A stretch of 64,000 nt of DNA from Bugula neritina (lineage: Eukaryota > Animalia > Bryozoa): NCBI GenBank assembly GCA_964035545.1, contig OZ037772.1:6866889-6930888 (forward strand). Reading direction: 5' to 3'. Position numbers and translations under genes: made by a program. The notes under the pieces are model-generated. The model had not been told where the DNA came from, did no database searches, and saw only the letters and a list, made by a program, of their open reading frames with translations. Positions 50,249-64,000 of the stretch are shown here, in pieces (position 1 is the stretch's first letter; every line of letters starts with the position of its first letter).

Positions 50249-53200
50249 TGTTGAACTTGATTGTTGACAATATTGTGCTTTACAATTTTATATTCTCATT
50301 CATATCGTTCAAAATTTTATATTTGGTAGCTTAAGTACTTCATTTTATAACTATATATTATACTGCGAATGATTTTCTAATTTTCACAAGTCTGAAAACA
50401 TATTTTGAACGTTTCATATGAATGTGATTTCATAAACTCTGCAAGCAGCCACAGAAACCATTTTTAATAGTACATAATGAACTGATAAACTTACATCAAA
50501 TAATTTCTAATATTTCCTATTATTCCTTTTAAAGTTAGTTGAACCTAATCAGAGTTGGTTACCAGAATAATTATTTCTCGAATATATCATTTTTGCATAT
50601 ATATTATGTTATAATATAACTATACAAATAATAAAAATTTGCTTGTTTAGCATAACATCTAAGCATGTACACATATTATATTATATTAACAATAAAAATA
50701 TGTTACACTATATATAGCAGTCTGTTCATTACAATTGTTTCCATTTCTAACAAAGTTGAAACTTTAAAAAAAAACTGTTTAACCACCCAATGAAATTTAA
50801 TAAGAAATAAAACACACAAGTTTAAAGATAGGTATGTGGCCAGTAATCATTTTCACTGAGCTTGCTAAAACTATAATATATGTTTGCAAAAAGTTCCTGT
50901 CTCAACTGTAACATGGTTGCAACTGTTTATTGGTACATTCAAATAATACTATATAACTTTAAAATATGAATTTAAAAAAAATTAGCTCTTCTATACATAC
51001 TATTAAAACATCCAATACTAACGGTTTTATAAATCTATATAATATATGCGATTGCATACAACTAAACTCTTTATAGCCAAATATTTAGTAATCAGCAAGA
51101 CTGGCATAGAAGTTTGTAAAGCAGTAACCAAGTGGTAAAAACTGGCGGAACACTGATATGAAACGTAAAGTATAAATTGTGATGCTATTTATAACATATC
51201 ACATAAAAAAAACTCAGTAATGATTATCATGCAATCCCCAATTGCGTTTATAACCTCTTTATATCATACTAGCTGTATAATTAGGCTATATAACATGAAA
51301 ACATAACTGCTATAATTTTGGAGGTTATATATAACTAACAACATTCAAACTAGTTGACCTACATTCAATAGTGATAAGATTTTATTAATACAATATCTAG
51401 AAAGTTCCTTATATATTCTAATGAAAAAACATGTCTATCATCATAAGTAAATATATAGTGTCATTTTTACATTATATCTTGTATTCACGTATTTCTATAA
51501 AATATTCATAGCGCCATGATAATTGGATGGACATAGCCCAAAAAAGCTGCTGATGGCGGTATAATAATTACTGGAAAGCTATAAAAGACATTTTTAATAC
51601 CAAATTAGTTATGTCAAATTATGTGGTCAGTCTAGGTCAATGTGATTCTATTAGCTTGTTTCAATGTTTGCCTGTAATTCACACTTTGACGATAATTTAC
51701 ATCCTAACTTACTCTACATTATTGTGAAAGTACTATTTATAGCTGTATTGATTGTTTGTATGTTTCATTATCATGCATTCTCTCAACATAAACAATAATT
51801 TGAAGTTGGCCATTGAATTTTTTTAAAATTTTTATGTAATTAAGGGTTTTCTAAATACATAATTGTTTTGCCAGTTTTTCAATTGCTGCTGAATATGTAC
51901 AAATTCTTATAAAACACTAGATTCTTTGCCTAATTGATCTTCAAATTATAACTTGTTCGTCTACCTAAAAAGTAGCTAATTCTTTAGGAAGAAATTTAAA
52001 TGAAATTAGTTCAATTAACAAAGAAGATATTTATATTCACATTTATATTACACAGATCTTACATATCATATTCCATCCAAAACAAAAGGAATTGTCACAA
52101 TGAAACTTTGGTCTGCTTGAGCAGCCTTGTTAGAAAAATATTAAATTAAATAATACAAGCAGTGTATAACTTTAATCTGAATTACACCAATATAATGACT
52201 CTAAAGGTCATTTTTTAACAAATGAAAATTGTACAGTTACAAGAAAAAATACAGCTGCACAAATAAAATATTAGTCTGAAACCTTATTACAGTGTTTAAA
52301 AACAAACCCTAACACTTCTTTGTAACATAATATATAATAATATTGCTGCAATGTCAAACAGAGTAATTAAATTATTAGGCTCAACTAACTCCGCCTTTTC
52401 CAAATATTTTGGACATATAAGTTCAACAGTATATTTAAACTCTACAAATATTAAAATTACTGAGGCCTGATCTACACAATTAGTTTGTTGGGCCGGTGAT
52501 AGAACCCTCCCTGTGCCAAGATACTCTCTGAGTTTTCGAATATAAAGTTTTAAAAAATCATCTAATGTTAGTTTGGCTAGGGCAGTGTTGAGCCAACAAA
52601 ATTATTTTGGAACGGAAATAAAATTATTTTCATACACACTGCATTACATTTAATGAAGCTTGCAATCAATCTTTTTTTAAATGTGCGTTTGAAAATTAAG
52701 ATTATTTTTGGTCCTCAAAGAAGGCTGGTGATGTTATTATAGCTGTTTTGATTAAAAGTGGTTAATATTGATCAATAGACAGTTATACATAAATCAAAAA
52801 GTATATACAGGCTGATAATAGTTAGTATAGCCTGAGTCTTGCCAATTATACTAATCCATTTTTCCTGTTGTCATAATAGATGCTATTGAGAAACAATTAT
52901 ACAAAGAGCAGAGATTCTAACGCGTAAAGAAATGAACCTGTCTTTGACTAATCCTTCAGTTGGCATATTGTATCGTATTTAATATAATGAGTTGAGATGC
53001 ATGTTGTAGTAAAGTAAAGTGATAATGCCTCAATAGTCAATAGCTAGTAGAAGTTTAACCTTAAACAACCCACTAACTTAGCAGAGTAGAGTCCACATAT
53101 GCAGGCGCAAACTATATATAAAATTGTTAAATTTTAAAAGCCACACTGAATGAGCATTTAATTAACTTAGTTTGAGTAGTAATTGTAAGTATACAGACTG

Positions 53201-56200
53201 GTTTGAAGCCACATGCAGCTAAAATAATGATGACTACAAAAATTATGCTTAGTACTAACAATGGTCTCCACGCTCATTGTAACACTCACAACAGTCTATA
53301 TATACATGTATTTGCTATGTCAAACAGTAATTCAATACAGATACTTTCAGCAAAAACAAAGCTGAATGGCAAGCAGGGAATTCACCATTTAAACTGAGTA
53401 AAGGCTTTTTCAAATCAGTTTTATTGTCGTAGATGATTTTCCAATAAGAACCTAAGAATATTGTAAGAGCAAAGGCTACAATGCTATTACAAAAATGAAA
53501 CTGCTTGATTTCCCCTCCTTCTAATGAATGTCTGCTCAATATGTTTTATATAGCATGATATTCTAAGCCGATAAATCAATATTACATTTTATATATAGCA
53601 TAAAAGTCTGAGCCAGCTTTATTATGATCAAAGCTAGGCTTGATCGAAAGATAAAGTTTGGCATATTGTGTAGTGAAGTTTCAATAAAGTCGAAGGCTAT
53701 GTGTATATTGCTAAACGAAGGAGTCTACTAAAAGACAAGGCTATACGTTGATAAAACGAAACTGACTGTCATTTTATATGTAAGTTACTCACTCAAATTT
53801 TTGCACTCCAGTAAAGCTACATACCATCCATCTACTGCATGTATCACTCCACTACTCACTACTCTAATATAACTATACACCAATTACGGTATCACTGAGA
53901 GGAGAGAGGTGAGTTAAAAACTTTAACATGTTTTCTTTTCTATATTCTACTTTAGTTCTTGTGAAATTGAGCTAAATATAGGCTCTGGTGACTATATTTA
54001 TTTATACTTATTTTCCTATAAGTTGCCTATTGTAATTTTGTTGTCTAATTTATCGCTTGGAGGTTGTATATATAACTAACAGCTTTCAAACTAGTTGACC
54101 TACATTCAATAGTGCTAGGAGTTTGTTACTCCCATATATAGAAAATTCTCATAAGCCATAACATGACTAAACTGTGAGACGTTATTCTTTATAATATTAT
54201 GAATATTAACTCTTCTATAATCTATAATCTATGCTATTGCATAAAACTAAATTATTTATTAATAAATATTCAATAATCAGCAAGACTGGCATGGAAGTTT
54301 TTTAAAAACAGTAACAAAGCGGTAAAAAGTGGCGGTTATTATAACATGGCATGATATAGTGAGATACTATTTATGAAATATTACACAAAAGCACAGGATA
54401 GTTAAGGGCATCCTCACTAAGAATATCATAAATTTCTCTCAAAATGTAGTTCAGGTTCTTGAATAATATTGCTCTGCGGGTGGCATGCGTGTTGCCTACT
54501 TGTAATTGTTTAGCCTAAGATTAAACTACAACCAATAAGCAGCAACCTTCGTTAGGGCTGCGTTATCTATCAACATTCCATTATGGGTGCTACATAAACA
54601 AAGTACAAAGCAAGCTATTCATTATAGCCTGCCAGTTATCTAGCCTGTAATTATTATGTAGGCGCCAATATCTTCTCATCCCTATGTGCTCAGTGAAGCG
54701 TGAAGTGCTGCGCGCTGCTAGTTTCTTATGAGAAAATATGGCATTTTCAGTGTATAAATCACCAATTTATGAGCAATCTAGCAGAGTTATTGACAAAAGA
54801 AAAAAATTTACACTAGAGAAATATCTCAGGATTCCAGCAGTGCAATTTTTATTCAGATATCATGTTTTGCTGCTGAGATATTTTACTGGTACTGAAAAGT
54901 CAGCTTTTCAGGCAAAATTGGCCAAAATTCGGCAGCTTTTTGTCTATAACTTCGCAAAAAAAATGAAAATTGAAATTTCCAAAAAACTTACACTGGAGAA
55001 AGAGAAGATCTACAACATAGTTTTTAAATTTTGACTCTAGCACAATTAGGTGAGATTTTATTTTACTGGTACTGAATTCTTATATGATTACAATGCAAAC
55101 CTCAGCAAGGCAGTTGCAGCTAAAAGGTTGCCCTTAACTATCCTGTGAGACATATTTCGGTATTTATTATTATGCAATGTACAATTGAGTTTATAACCTC
55201 CTATCTCAAAAACTGTATAATTAGAACATGAGAACATAACTGCTAAAACTTTGGAGGTTATATATAACTAACAACATTCAAACTGGTTGACCTACATTCA
55301 GTAGTGCTCTGGATTATATTTTACTACAATATCTAGAAAGTTCCTATAACGCCTATAATTTCTAAATTGTGAGATGTTATAATTGTTGATTATAAGTTTT
55401 TTTCCACACAATCCAGACCAAGGTAAAATATTTTTTATGGAAACTAATGCGGTATGTACATGTATGTGTGCATGATGGTGTAAAACCATTCTTAAAGCAG
55501 TTATTATTAAGCAATTGATAGCATATAACAATAGGGTTAAAATGTGGTGTTCTACACTGATCATCACATGCTTATTGAATATAAAATATTATTGTGGATC
55601 ACAGCTAGGAGACGAGAGCCATATTTATATAAAGCTGTTTTGATATAAGAGGTTAATATTGATCAGTAGAAAGTTACACATGAATCAATAAGTATATATA
55701 CATATTGAGAACAGTTAGAATAGCCTGAGTCCTACCAATTATACCAACAAACCTTTCCAATTATAATAATGGATGTTATCGAGAAATGACTATATACATA
55801 TAACACTATATACTCTAATGAAAAGAAATGAAACTGCCATTAACTAAACCTTTTCCTTTTCTGTCAATTGACATATTGTATTGTATTTGATATAATATTA
55901 GTCGACATGAGTCTTGTAATGAAGTAACTTGATAAAGGTTCAGCAGTCAATAGCTATTACATGCAGGTTCAATCTTAAACAACCCACTAAGTTAGCAGGT
56001 TATATATAATTAATAACATTCAAACTGGTTGGCCTACATTCAATGGTGCTCTAGATTATATTTTACTACAATATCTAGAAAGTTCCTATAAAACATAAAA
56101 TTTTTAAATTGTAAGATGTTATAATTGTTGATTATAAGTTTTTTTCCACCCGATCCGTACCAAGGTGAAATATTTTTGCGACGCACAATAGTTGCGTGGG

Positions 56201-59200
56201 TTTCTAGTGAGTCTAGTTAGTGGGACGTATTTTCCACACCCCATTACAATAGCACTAATGAATACTAACACATGCAGGCAGTGTTGGTAATAGTTTATTG
56301 AAATAGGAGTTTAAAAAATGTTTTAACAGTGAAAAATTTGAGATTAGCCCAGAGAGAGAGGTATTTCAAGCTCACATATGAACGATATAGATGCTAAAGT
56401 GATCTAGGAGTTGCCCATCTGTAATGCATGCAGTCTTGCCTAAAAATCATTATTGCTGTATATAATCATATTAACTTGTTGCAATAGATCTATTTCACTA
56501 TTGGGAAGAATACAATTAGCCAGTAAATACTGTAATAGATTCAAGGCACTTTAGCAGTGCTAGTTTAAAAGAATGCTGCTGTAACTAAGATAGACGCATA
56601 GCATTGAGTGTTAACATAATAATATCTACATGGTGATAGCAAACAGCAGAAGTACTTTTTGATACATAATATAATTATGTACAGCTTAAGATTTTGTAAT
56701 ACCATGTTTTATGTGAGATATTAATTTCAATAGCTACATTAAAATAATGTACAGTTCTAGCAAGTGATGCAGAATCTTTGGAGATGCTATGACTGATCAC
56801 CACTTGCTTATTGAATATAAAATATTATTTTTGATCACAGCTAGGAGACGAGAACCATATAAAGCTGTTTTGATATAAGTGGTTAATATTGATCAGTAGA
56901 AAGTTATACATGAATCAATAAGTATATATACATATTGAGAACAGTTAGTATAGCCTGAGTCCTGCCAATTATACTAACAAACCTTTCTTATTACCATAAT
57001 GGATGTTATTGAGAAACGACTATATACAAATAACATAGACTCTAACGAAAAGAAATAAAACTGCCATTAACTAAACCTTTTCCTTTTCTGTCAATCGACA
57101 TATTGTATTGTATTTGGTATAATATAAGTGTACATGCATGTTGTAATGAAGTAACTTGAAAAAGCTTCAATAGCTAGGACAGGTTCAACCTGAAACAATT
57201 CCCACTAACTTAGCAGAGTATACAGTCCTTACATGCAGACACAAACTATATATACAATTATTAAATTTTAAAAGCCACACCTAGTGGGCAATTTATTAAC
57301 TTAGTTGGAGTAACAATTGTAGGTATACATACTATAGTTTTAAGCCACAGTAAGACTAATTATGATTACAAAAATTATGCAACAGTATCTACCAAAAAAG
57401 GTCTCCAGGCTCATTATAACACTCACAATAGTCTATATATACATGTGTTTGCTATGAAAAAAAAAATTCAATACGGTTCCTTTCAGAAAAAAACAATGCT
57501 AAATGGCAAGCAGACTAAGTAACAGCTTTTCCAAATCAGTTTTATTGTCGTAGATGATTTTCCAATAAGAACTTACCAAGATTGTAAGAGCAAAGGCTAC
57601 AATGCTATTACAAAAATGAAACTGCTTGATTTCTCCTTGACTACTTTCAATGAATGCCTGCTCAATAAATCAATATTATGTTTTATAGTATGAGATTCTA
57701 AGCCAGCTTTGTTATGAACAAATCTAGATTTGCGCAAAATATAGATTTTGGCATATTGTGGGGTGAAGCATTCAATAGAGTCAGAGGCTAGGTAAATATT
57801 GTAAAACCAAAGAGCCTACTAAAAGACAAAAACTTAGTTTGATAAAATGAAACTGACTGCCATTTTATATAATGTACAATATATGCAAATTACTCCTTCA
57901 ATTGCTTTCTGCTCCAGTATAGCTACATACCATCTACTGTATCACTCCACTGCTCACTACTCTAGTATAACTAAACACCAATTATACTGCATCACTGAGA
58001 GGAGAGAGGTGAGTTAAAAACCTTGATATTATGTTTTCTTTTCCATATTCTATTTTAGTTCTTGTGAAATTGAGCTAAAGATAGGCTCTGGTGACTATAG
58101 CTATTTATAATTTTTTTCCTATAACCTGCCTATTGGAATTTTGTTTTCTAATTTATTGCTTGGAGATTGTATATAACTAAAAGGTTTCGAGCTAGTTGAC
58201 CTACATTCAATAGTGCTTGAAGTTTGTTACTCCAATATATAGAAAATTCTCATAAGACATAAAATGACTAAATTGTGAGACTTTATTGTCTATATGTTTA
58301 CACTTTGAATACTAACTCTTTTATAATCTATAATCTATGCTATTGCATACAACAAGATTCGTTATTAATGAATATTCAATAATCAGCAAGACTGGTATGG
58401 AAAATTTTTTATAACAGTAACTAAGCGGTAAAAAGTGGCAGGTTACTAAAACATGGCATGATAAAGCGAGATACTATTTATGAAATATTACACAAAAGGC
58501 ATTCAGAATTTATTATTATTATGTAATGTACAATTGAGTTTATGACCTCCTATCTGAATAAATGTATAATTATAACATGAGAGCATAACTGCTATAATTT
58601 TGGAGTTTATATATATTTAACAACATTCCAACTGGTTGACCTACATTCAATGGTGCTCTAAATTATATTTTACTACAAAGTTTCTATAATACCTGTATAT
58701 AATTTCTAAATTGTGAGATGTTAAAATTGTTGATTATAAGTTTTTTCCACACAATCCGTACCAAGGTAAAATATTTTTTATGGAAACTAATGCGGTATGT
58801 ACATGTATGTGTGCATGATGGTGTAAAAGCATTCCTATTAGGCGATTGATATCATATAACAATAAGGTTAAAACATGATGTTCTATATTTATCACCACAT
58901 GCTTATTAGATTTGCAATATTATTATTGATCACAGCTAGGAGACGAGAACCATATAAAGCTGTTTTGATATAAGAGGTTATTATTGATCAATAGAAAGTT
59001 ATACATGAATCACTAAGTATATATACATATTGAGAACAGTTAGTATAGCCTGAGTCCTGTTAATTATACCAACAAACCTTTCTTCTTATCATAATGGATG
59101 TTATTGAGAAACGACTATATACAAATAACATATACTCTAATGAAAAGAAATGAAACTGCCATTAACTTAACCTTTTCCTTTTCTGTCAATCGACATATTG

Positions 59201-60408
59201 TATTGTATTTGGTATAATATAAGTGTACATGCATGTTGTAATGAAGTAACTTGAAAAAGCTTCAATAGCTAGTACAGGTTCAACCTGAAACAATCCACTA
59301 ACTTAGCAGAGTATACAGTCCTTACATGCAGACACATACTATATATACAATTATTAAATTTTAAAAGCCACACCTAGTGAGCAATCTAATAACTTAGTTG
59401 GAGTAACAATTGTAGGTATACAGACCATAGGGTATACAGACTATAGTTTTAAGCCACAGTAAGAATAATTATGATTACAAAAATTATGCAACAGTATCTA
59501 CCAAAAAAGGTCTCCAGGCTCATTATAACACTCACAATAGTCTATATATACATGTGTTTGCTATGAAAAAAAATTCAATACGGTTCCTTTCAGAAAAAAA
59601 CAATGCTAAATGGCAAGCAGACTAAGTAACAGCTTTTCCAAATCAGTTTTATTGTCGTAGATGATTTTCCAATAAGAACCTAACAATATTGTAAGAGCAA
59701 AGGCTACAATGCTATCACAAAAACAAAACTGCCTGATTTCCCCTTGACTACTTGCAATGAATGCCTGATCAATAAATCAATATTATGTTTTATAGTATGA
59801 GATTCTAATCCAGCTTTATTATGAACAAATCTAGACTTGATCAAAATATAGATTTTGGCATATTGTGGAGTGAAGCATTCAATAGAGTCAAAGGCTAGGT
59901 AAATATTGTGAAACAAAGGAGTCTACTAAAAACAAGAGCTTAATAGTTTGATAAAATAAAACTGAATGCCATTACATATACTTGTAATTTACTCCTTTGA
60001 CTACTTTCTGCTCCAGTATAGCTACATACCATCTACCGTATCAATGTACTGCTTCGTACTTTAGTATAACTATACACCAATTGCTGTATTCATTGATTAA
60101 GAGTGGTGAGTTTAAACTTTAACATGATTTCTTTTCCATATTCTACTTGATTTCTTGTAAAATTTAGCTTTAAACTTATATATATTCTCTGGTGATGAGC
60201 TATTCATACTTTTTTTCCTACAGATTGTCCGTTTTAACGTTGATATTTCATTTCTTATTTAGTTTTATAAAACTATATAAATAATACTGACATCAACTAT
60301 GTAACAGAAAACAATGATGTGTATTTTTTGCAGTCTATATAGCTTGCTTATTTCTTCTCCAAAATTCTAAAACTACTCATCTATACTTCAAACTAAAACG
60401 TAATCAAG
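50249..60408. repeat. Tandemly amplified intergenic (3'-flank + upstream) module between D and E
   Basis: Marker gattttccaataagaac...aaaggctacaatgcta at ~53435, ~57556 and ~59663 (also ~20848, ~34895); marker gcctgagtc..ccaattatac at ~52830, 55723, 56953, 59048 (also ~20242, ~34280). Confidence 0.85.
54392..55147. mobile_element. CACAG TIR element, copy 3 (inverted orientation)
   Basis: Perfect TIRs; TSD AG/AG; empty site in the duplicated spacer unit at ~58488-58510. Confidence 0.85.
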
Positions 60409-63400
60409 ATGGCTGCCCAGCAACTACCAGAATGGTATGAGTGTGGCTATTGTGTCTCTAGGAGGGATGACATGAGAGATCCAAGAAAGCTGCCTTGTCA
60501 GCATGTATTCTGTTTGAATTGTATTCAAGGACATTACAGCAAACATAGAACTGTGACTTGCCCTATTAAAACTTGTGGGTAAGTACTATGTACATACTGA
60601 TAATGTCTCTAAAGTATTTATGTCATAGTCATATTAATAACAAAAAAGTTTTTAGTTGTTTTTGCAAAACTGTGTTAAACTTGAGCTATACTTTGCAAAA
60701 GGCTAAAATATACTACCAAAAACATATAAGATTTAATTTTTCAGTGACATAGCAAATTCAATTTGTTTATACGGGTCAGAAAAATTTATATACTAGATTT
60801 TCTTTTCAACTATCCACATTAATCAATTTTAGAGAAGTGTATGACTCACTAGAGTTTGAGAGTTTACCAAAGGTTACCGTAGCAGCTGGTGACTCTATCA
60901 CTTTGTACTGTACAGCTCGTGAATGTCAAGGTCAAATAGCTACATGTCATTGTGTGACATGCAAAGACAATTTTTGTTCTCAGCATCAGCAGGTAAAATA
61001 ATATTCTCACTTTACCCCATTTTATATATAGGGCACAGAAAAAATAGTATTTAAAAACTATTTATAGTGCATTTTGATGAAGTGTTTGAGGTTATGGTTA
61101 TAATTTTGTAACAATGTTGAACGACCATGTTAAAACTTGAAGTTTGAAAGGTAACAGCAAATAAAAAAGTTTTTACGATACAGTTTTTCGTTTCCCATTT
61201 CACCTTTATAACAAAACATTGTTTACATAGAGAATTACTCATGACGGTTGTTTCAAAACTTATATAACTGACTAAATTTTTCAATATTCAATTCAGAGAA
61301 TTTTTTTCTCTTCCAAACGTATAAGAGTTATATTTTAACAATAAGCAAAGTTAGGTTGAGTCAATCAAACAGCACTTTTTACCCCTAATATCTTTATTCA
61401 AATTCTTTGCATATCAGCTAAAGCAAGTATCTTTTAGATGAAATTTGTTTTTTAATTTTAAATGAATGTTTAGCTTCTACAGCATATGATGCTTTAAGAG
61501 GTTTGAAGCAGAATACATCTTTGACAGAATTTGTTCTATTATTGAACGTGCACTAAGTTATAGTAAGTCATTGACCGCACATGACAATTACGCAGTGCAA
61601 ATTATACAATACACCTAATGTGTTAAGTGATCATATTATAAGTATAGCACAGGCGTTTAAAAAAGAAGTTTGATTTCTAACATCGTTACTAAAACTACCT
61701 CAGAAAATGTTATCTTATCATTCTAGGCACACAAAACACTTCACAATGATGTTCACAAAGTGGTGGACATTGATGTCTACAAGAAATCACCTGCTAGTTA
61801 TGATAAGCCGACATGTGAACAACATCAAGAGGTCCTAGTGAGAGCTTGCAAGAAATGTGATAAACTGATTTGCTTTGAGTGTGAGATTGACGGAGAAGAC
61901 TGCACAGGTAATATTTGGTAATTCACTGTTGAAAAATTGTTTCTAAAGAACACTTTTCACTGAGGTGTATCACTACATTCACAAAACTTCGAATAGATCA
62001 GTACGGGTGCTGATATGTATGTATTTGTGATTGCAGTTTGTATTAACTTATAGTTCTGGCTTCAATAGGTGCAACTGTTTTCAAACATTACAAAAAAAAA
62101 AATTTGCATAATGTGAAGCTTAAAATTGCAGTGATGCTGTAAACCACTCAGCTATCCTTTGTTTTCTAATGATATAATATGACAAGTTTTCACATGATCT
62201 TGTAAAGACAAAATGATCAAAAATTTAGTCCTCAAAATAAAAATGGTTTTGCTTGTCTTTTAAGATTAGTCAGTCATTTTATGTATCCTTGATGAAATTT
62301 CTCGAATTTTTGAACACTTATTTTATTTATTTTTTGATTATTACTCTTAATCACTTGATCAAGGCTCATACACTGTTGTTTTATAATTGAATAGTATTTT
62401 CCAGTTTCAACATCTGACTGAACAAAAACTAATTCAACACTTGAGAGTCTATATTGTTGTTGATTGGTTATAGCAAATGTAGAGTTTATTCTAAACTATA
62501 ATGTACAATGCAATGGGCTACTCAAATGTATGATTAAACAACAATTTAGTAAACGTATAAGAGATAACTGCTGCCCGATCCTAATTTAATTAAATGATAA
62601 TTGTGACTTACAATTTAAAATAACTTAGTACCCCGGAAAAGTTCCTATTGAATTTTGACTCAATAGAAAGTCAAGTTATTGTATGATCAATAAATCTGCA
62701 TTAATATAACAGGGAACTATTTTATTTTGGTGCTTACCGAAAGCAAACTTTGCTTTGTGAAACTTACATTATGTAATCAAATCAAAATTTTAGATCAAGA
62801 GAGACATGACTTTAAATCTCTCACATCATTGAGAGAAGAAGTAAATATTTACCTCGCGAGTCAGCTGAGTGTAATTGTTGAAAAGATTACTAAGATATGT
62901 TCTTTGAACAAGAAGGTGTGGAATGATCTTGATGATCAAGAAGAGAAGTGTTCAGATGTCATAAGAGAGATAGAGACAATTAGAAATGAAATGGTGAGTT
63001 TGTCAGTTAACTGTCTGTTACATATCATTGCTTGTTTTAAGTCTCATCACAATCATCACAGAATTATTTACAATATTCAATCAGTTGGTATATTGAAATT
63101 ACCTGGAAACCACAACCATCATCGCAATTATTTTCATGTTGATGAGAGCAGTCAACAAACTAGTTGTATAGTAATTGTATAAATTAGATTTTGGTTTGTT
63201 CGAAAAGGAAAATATTTGAAGACATGCAGAGTATGTAATATCACATCAGTTTTTTATTTTGAGAGTAATAAGCAAAGGAATTGTCTTTCAATTCGTTTCT
63301 GAGTTGAGCATTTTTTACAGAAAATCAGAAGTTACTTTCTTACAAGTGCTGCGGATAAAAATAAATTTAAGTTATTTAAGGTTCAAATATTTTTTAACAT

Positions 63401-63746
63401 GACAGCTATATAATGTTCTTATCTGAGCTTTCAATGTTTACATATTGAGCTGAACCATTCTGATTTTAGATCCAAAAAATAACCAATGAGAGTCAAAAGC
63501 TGATTGACAGAGTTACTAATCACAAAGAAGAAGTGACCAATCAGGTGGAAAATTTCTACAACAAGCTGATGCTGAAGAAAGATGAGTTGGAGAAAACACA
63601 AGCTGAGGTGCATCGTCTGCTGAAAGATGGTCATGTGACTGAGAAGATCAGACAGAAGAAGAGAGTAACAGAAGAGATGAACAGACATGATGCAGATAAA
63701 CTAGATCGATGTGAACTTGTTGATCCACCAACTGTAATAAATACAG
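60409..63746 (+). CDS. TRIM/RBCC paralogue E, exons 1-5 (continues beyond window)
   Basis: Exons 60409-60578 (RING, CPIKTC), 60833-60992, 61727-61907, 62794-62993, 63470-63746; open and in phase; introns 1-4 align with those of copy C. Confidence 0.88.
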
Positions 63747-64000
63747 GTTTGTGATGTTTTTATTTGAAAATAGATTGGCTATAACAATCAGATAACATCT
63801 GCCAGTTAGTTGGCTCTCTCAAAATGATGACTTAGCAAACTTTATTACAGTAGATTATAAACAATAAAGTAGTATGTATCCTATATCACTACCTACATAG
63901 AATTATATGCTGTGAGCAGCAAATTACATTCGCACACTATATATGCTGAAAGATCATAATTATTTCTCAAAGAAGCTGCTAGAGACCTACGACTGTTAAA

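Noticed and set aside
54738-55034. 98-aa ORF in the CACAG element (split in copy 1 at 6807-7102)
   Set aside because: No transposase motifs, and the frame is not conserved among the three copies.

Overview
AT-rich eukaryotic (invertebrate-animal-like) genomic DNA with spliceosomal GT-AG introns; no prokaryotic features. The window is a same-strand (+) tandem array of five paralogous TRIM/RBCC-type genes. Each unit encodes RING (C3HC4), B-box1, B-box2, coiled coil and a C-terminal NHL-like beta-propeller on a 7-exon template (170 or 164/160/181/200/277/669/134 or 137 nt). Two copies are complete (C 21605-33014, ~596 aa; D 43633-50248, ~595 aa) and one runs off the window end (E, from 60409). 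Two lack the RING/B-box exons but keep open, spliceable coiled-coil + propeller exons (A 3540-13762, B 15054-18553). The four visible propellers share a near-invariant framework, and their differences cluster in short loops, which suggests a diversified recognition-receptor E3 ligase family; the paralogues are also mosaic. Introns and spacers carry a full-length but decaying Ty3/Gypsy LTR element (tRNA-Ser PBS, 5-bp TSD), a 5'-truncated Penelope-like element with an inverted pLTR and a hammerhead ribozyme in each arm, an RTE LINE fragment, several non-autonomous TIR families, long microsatellites, a multiply duplicated intergenic module and possible fossil minus-strand coding sequence. All exon calls and alignments were done by eye.
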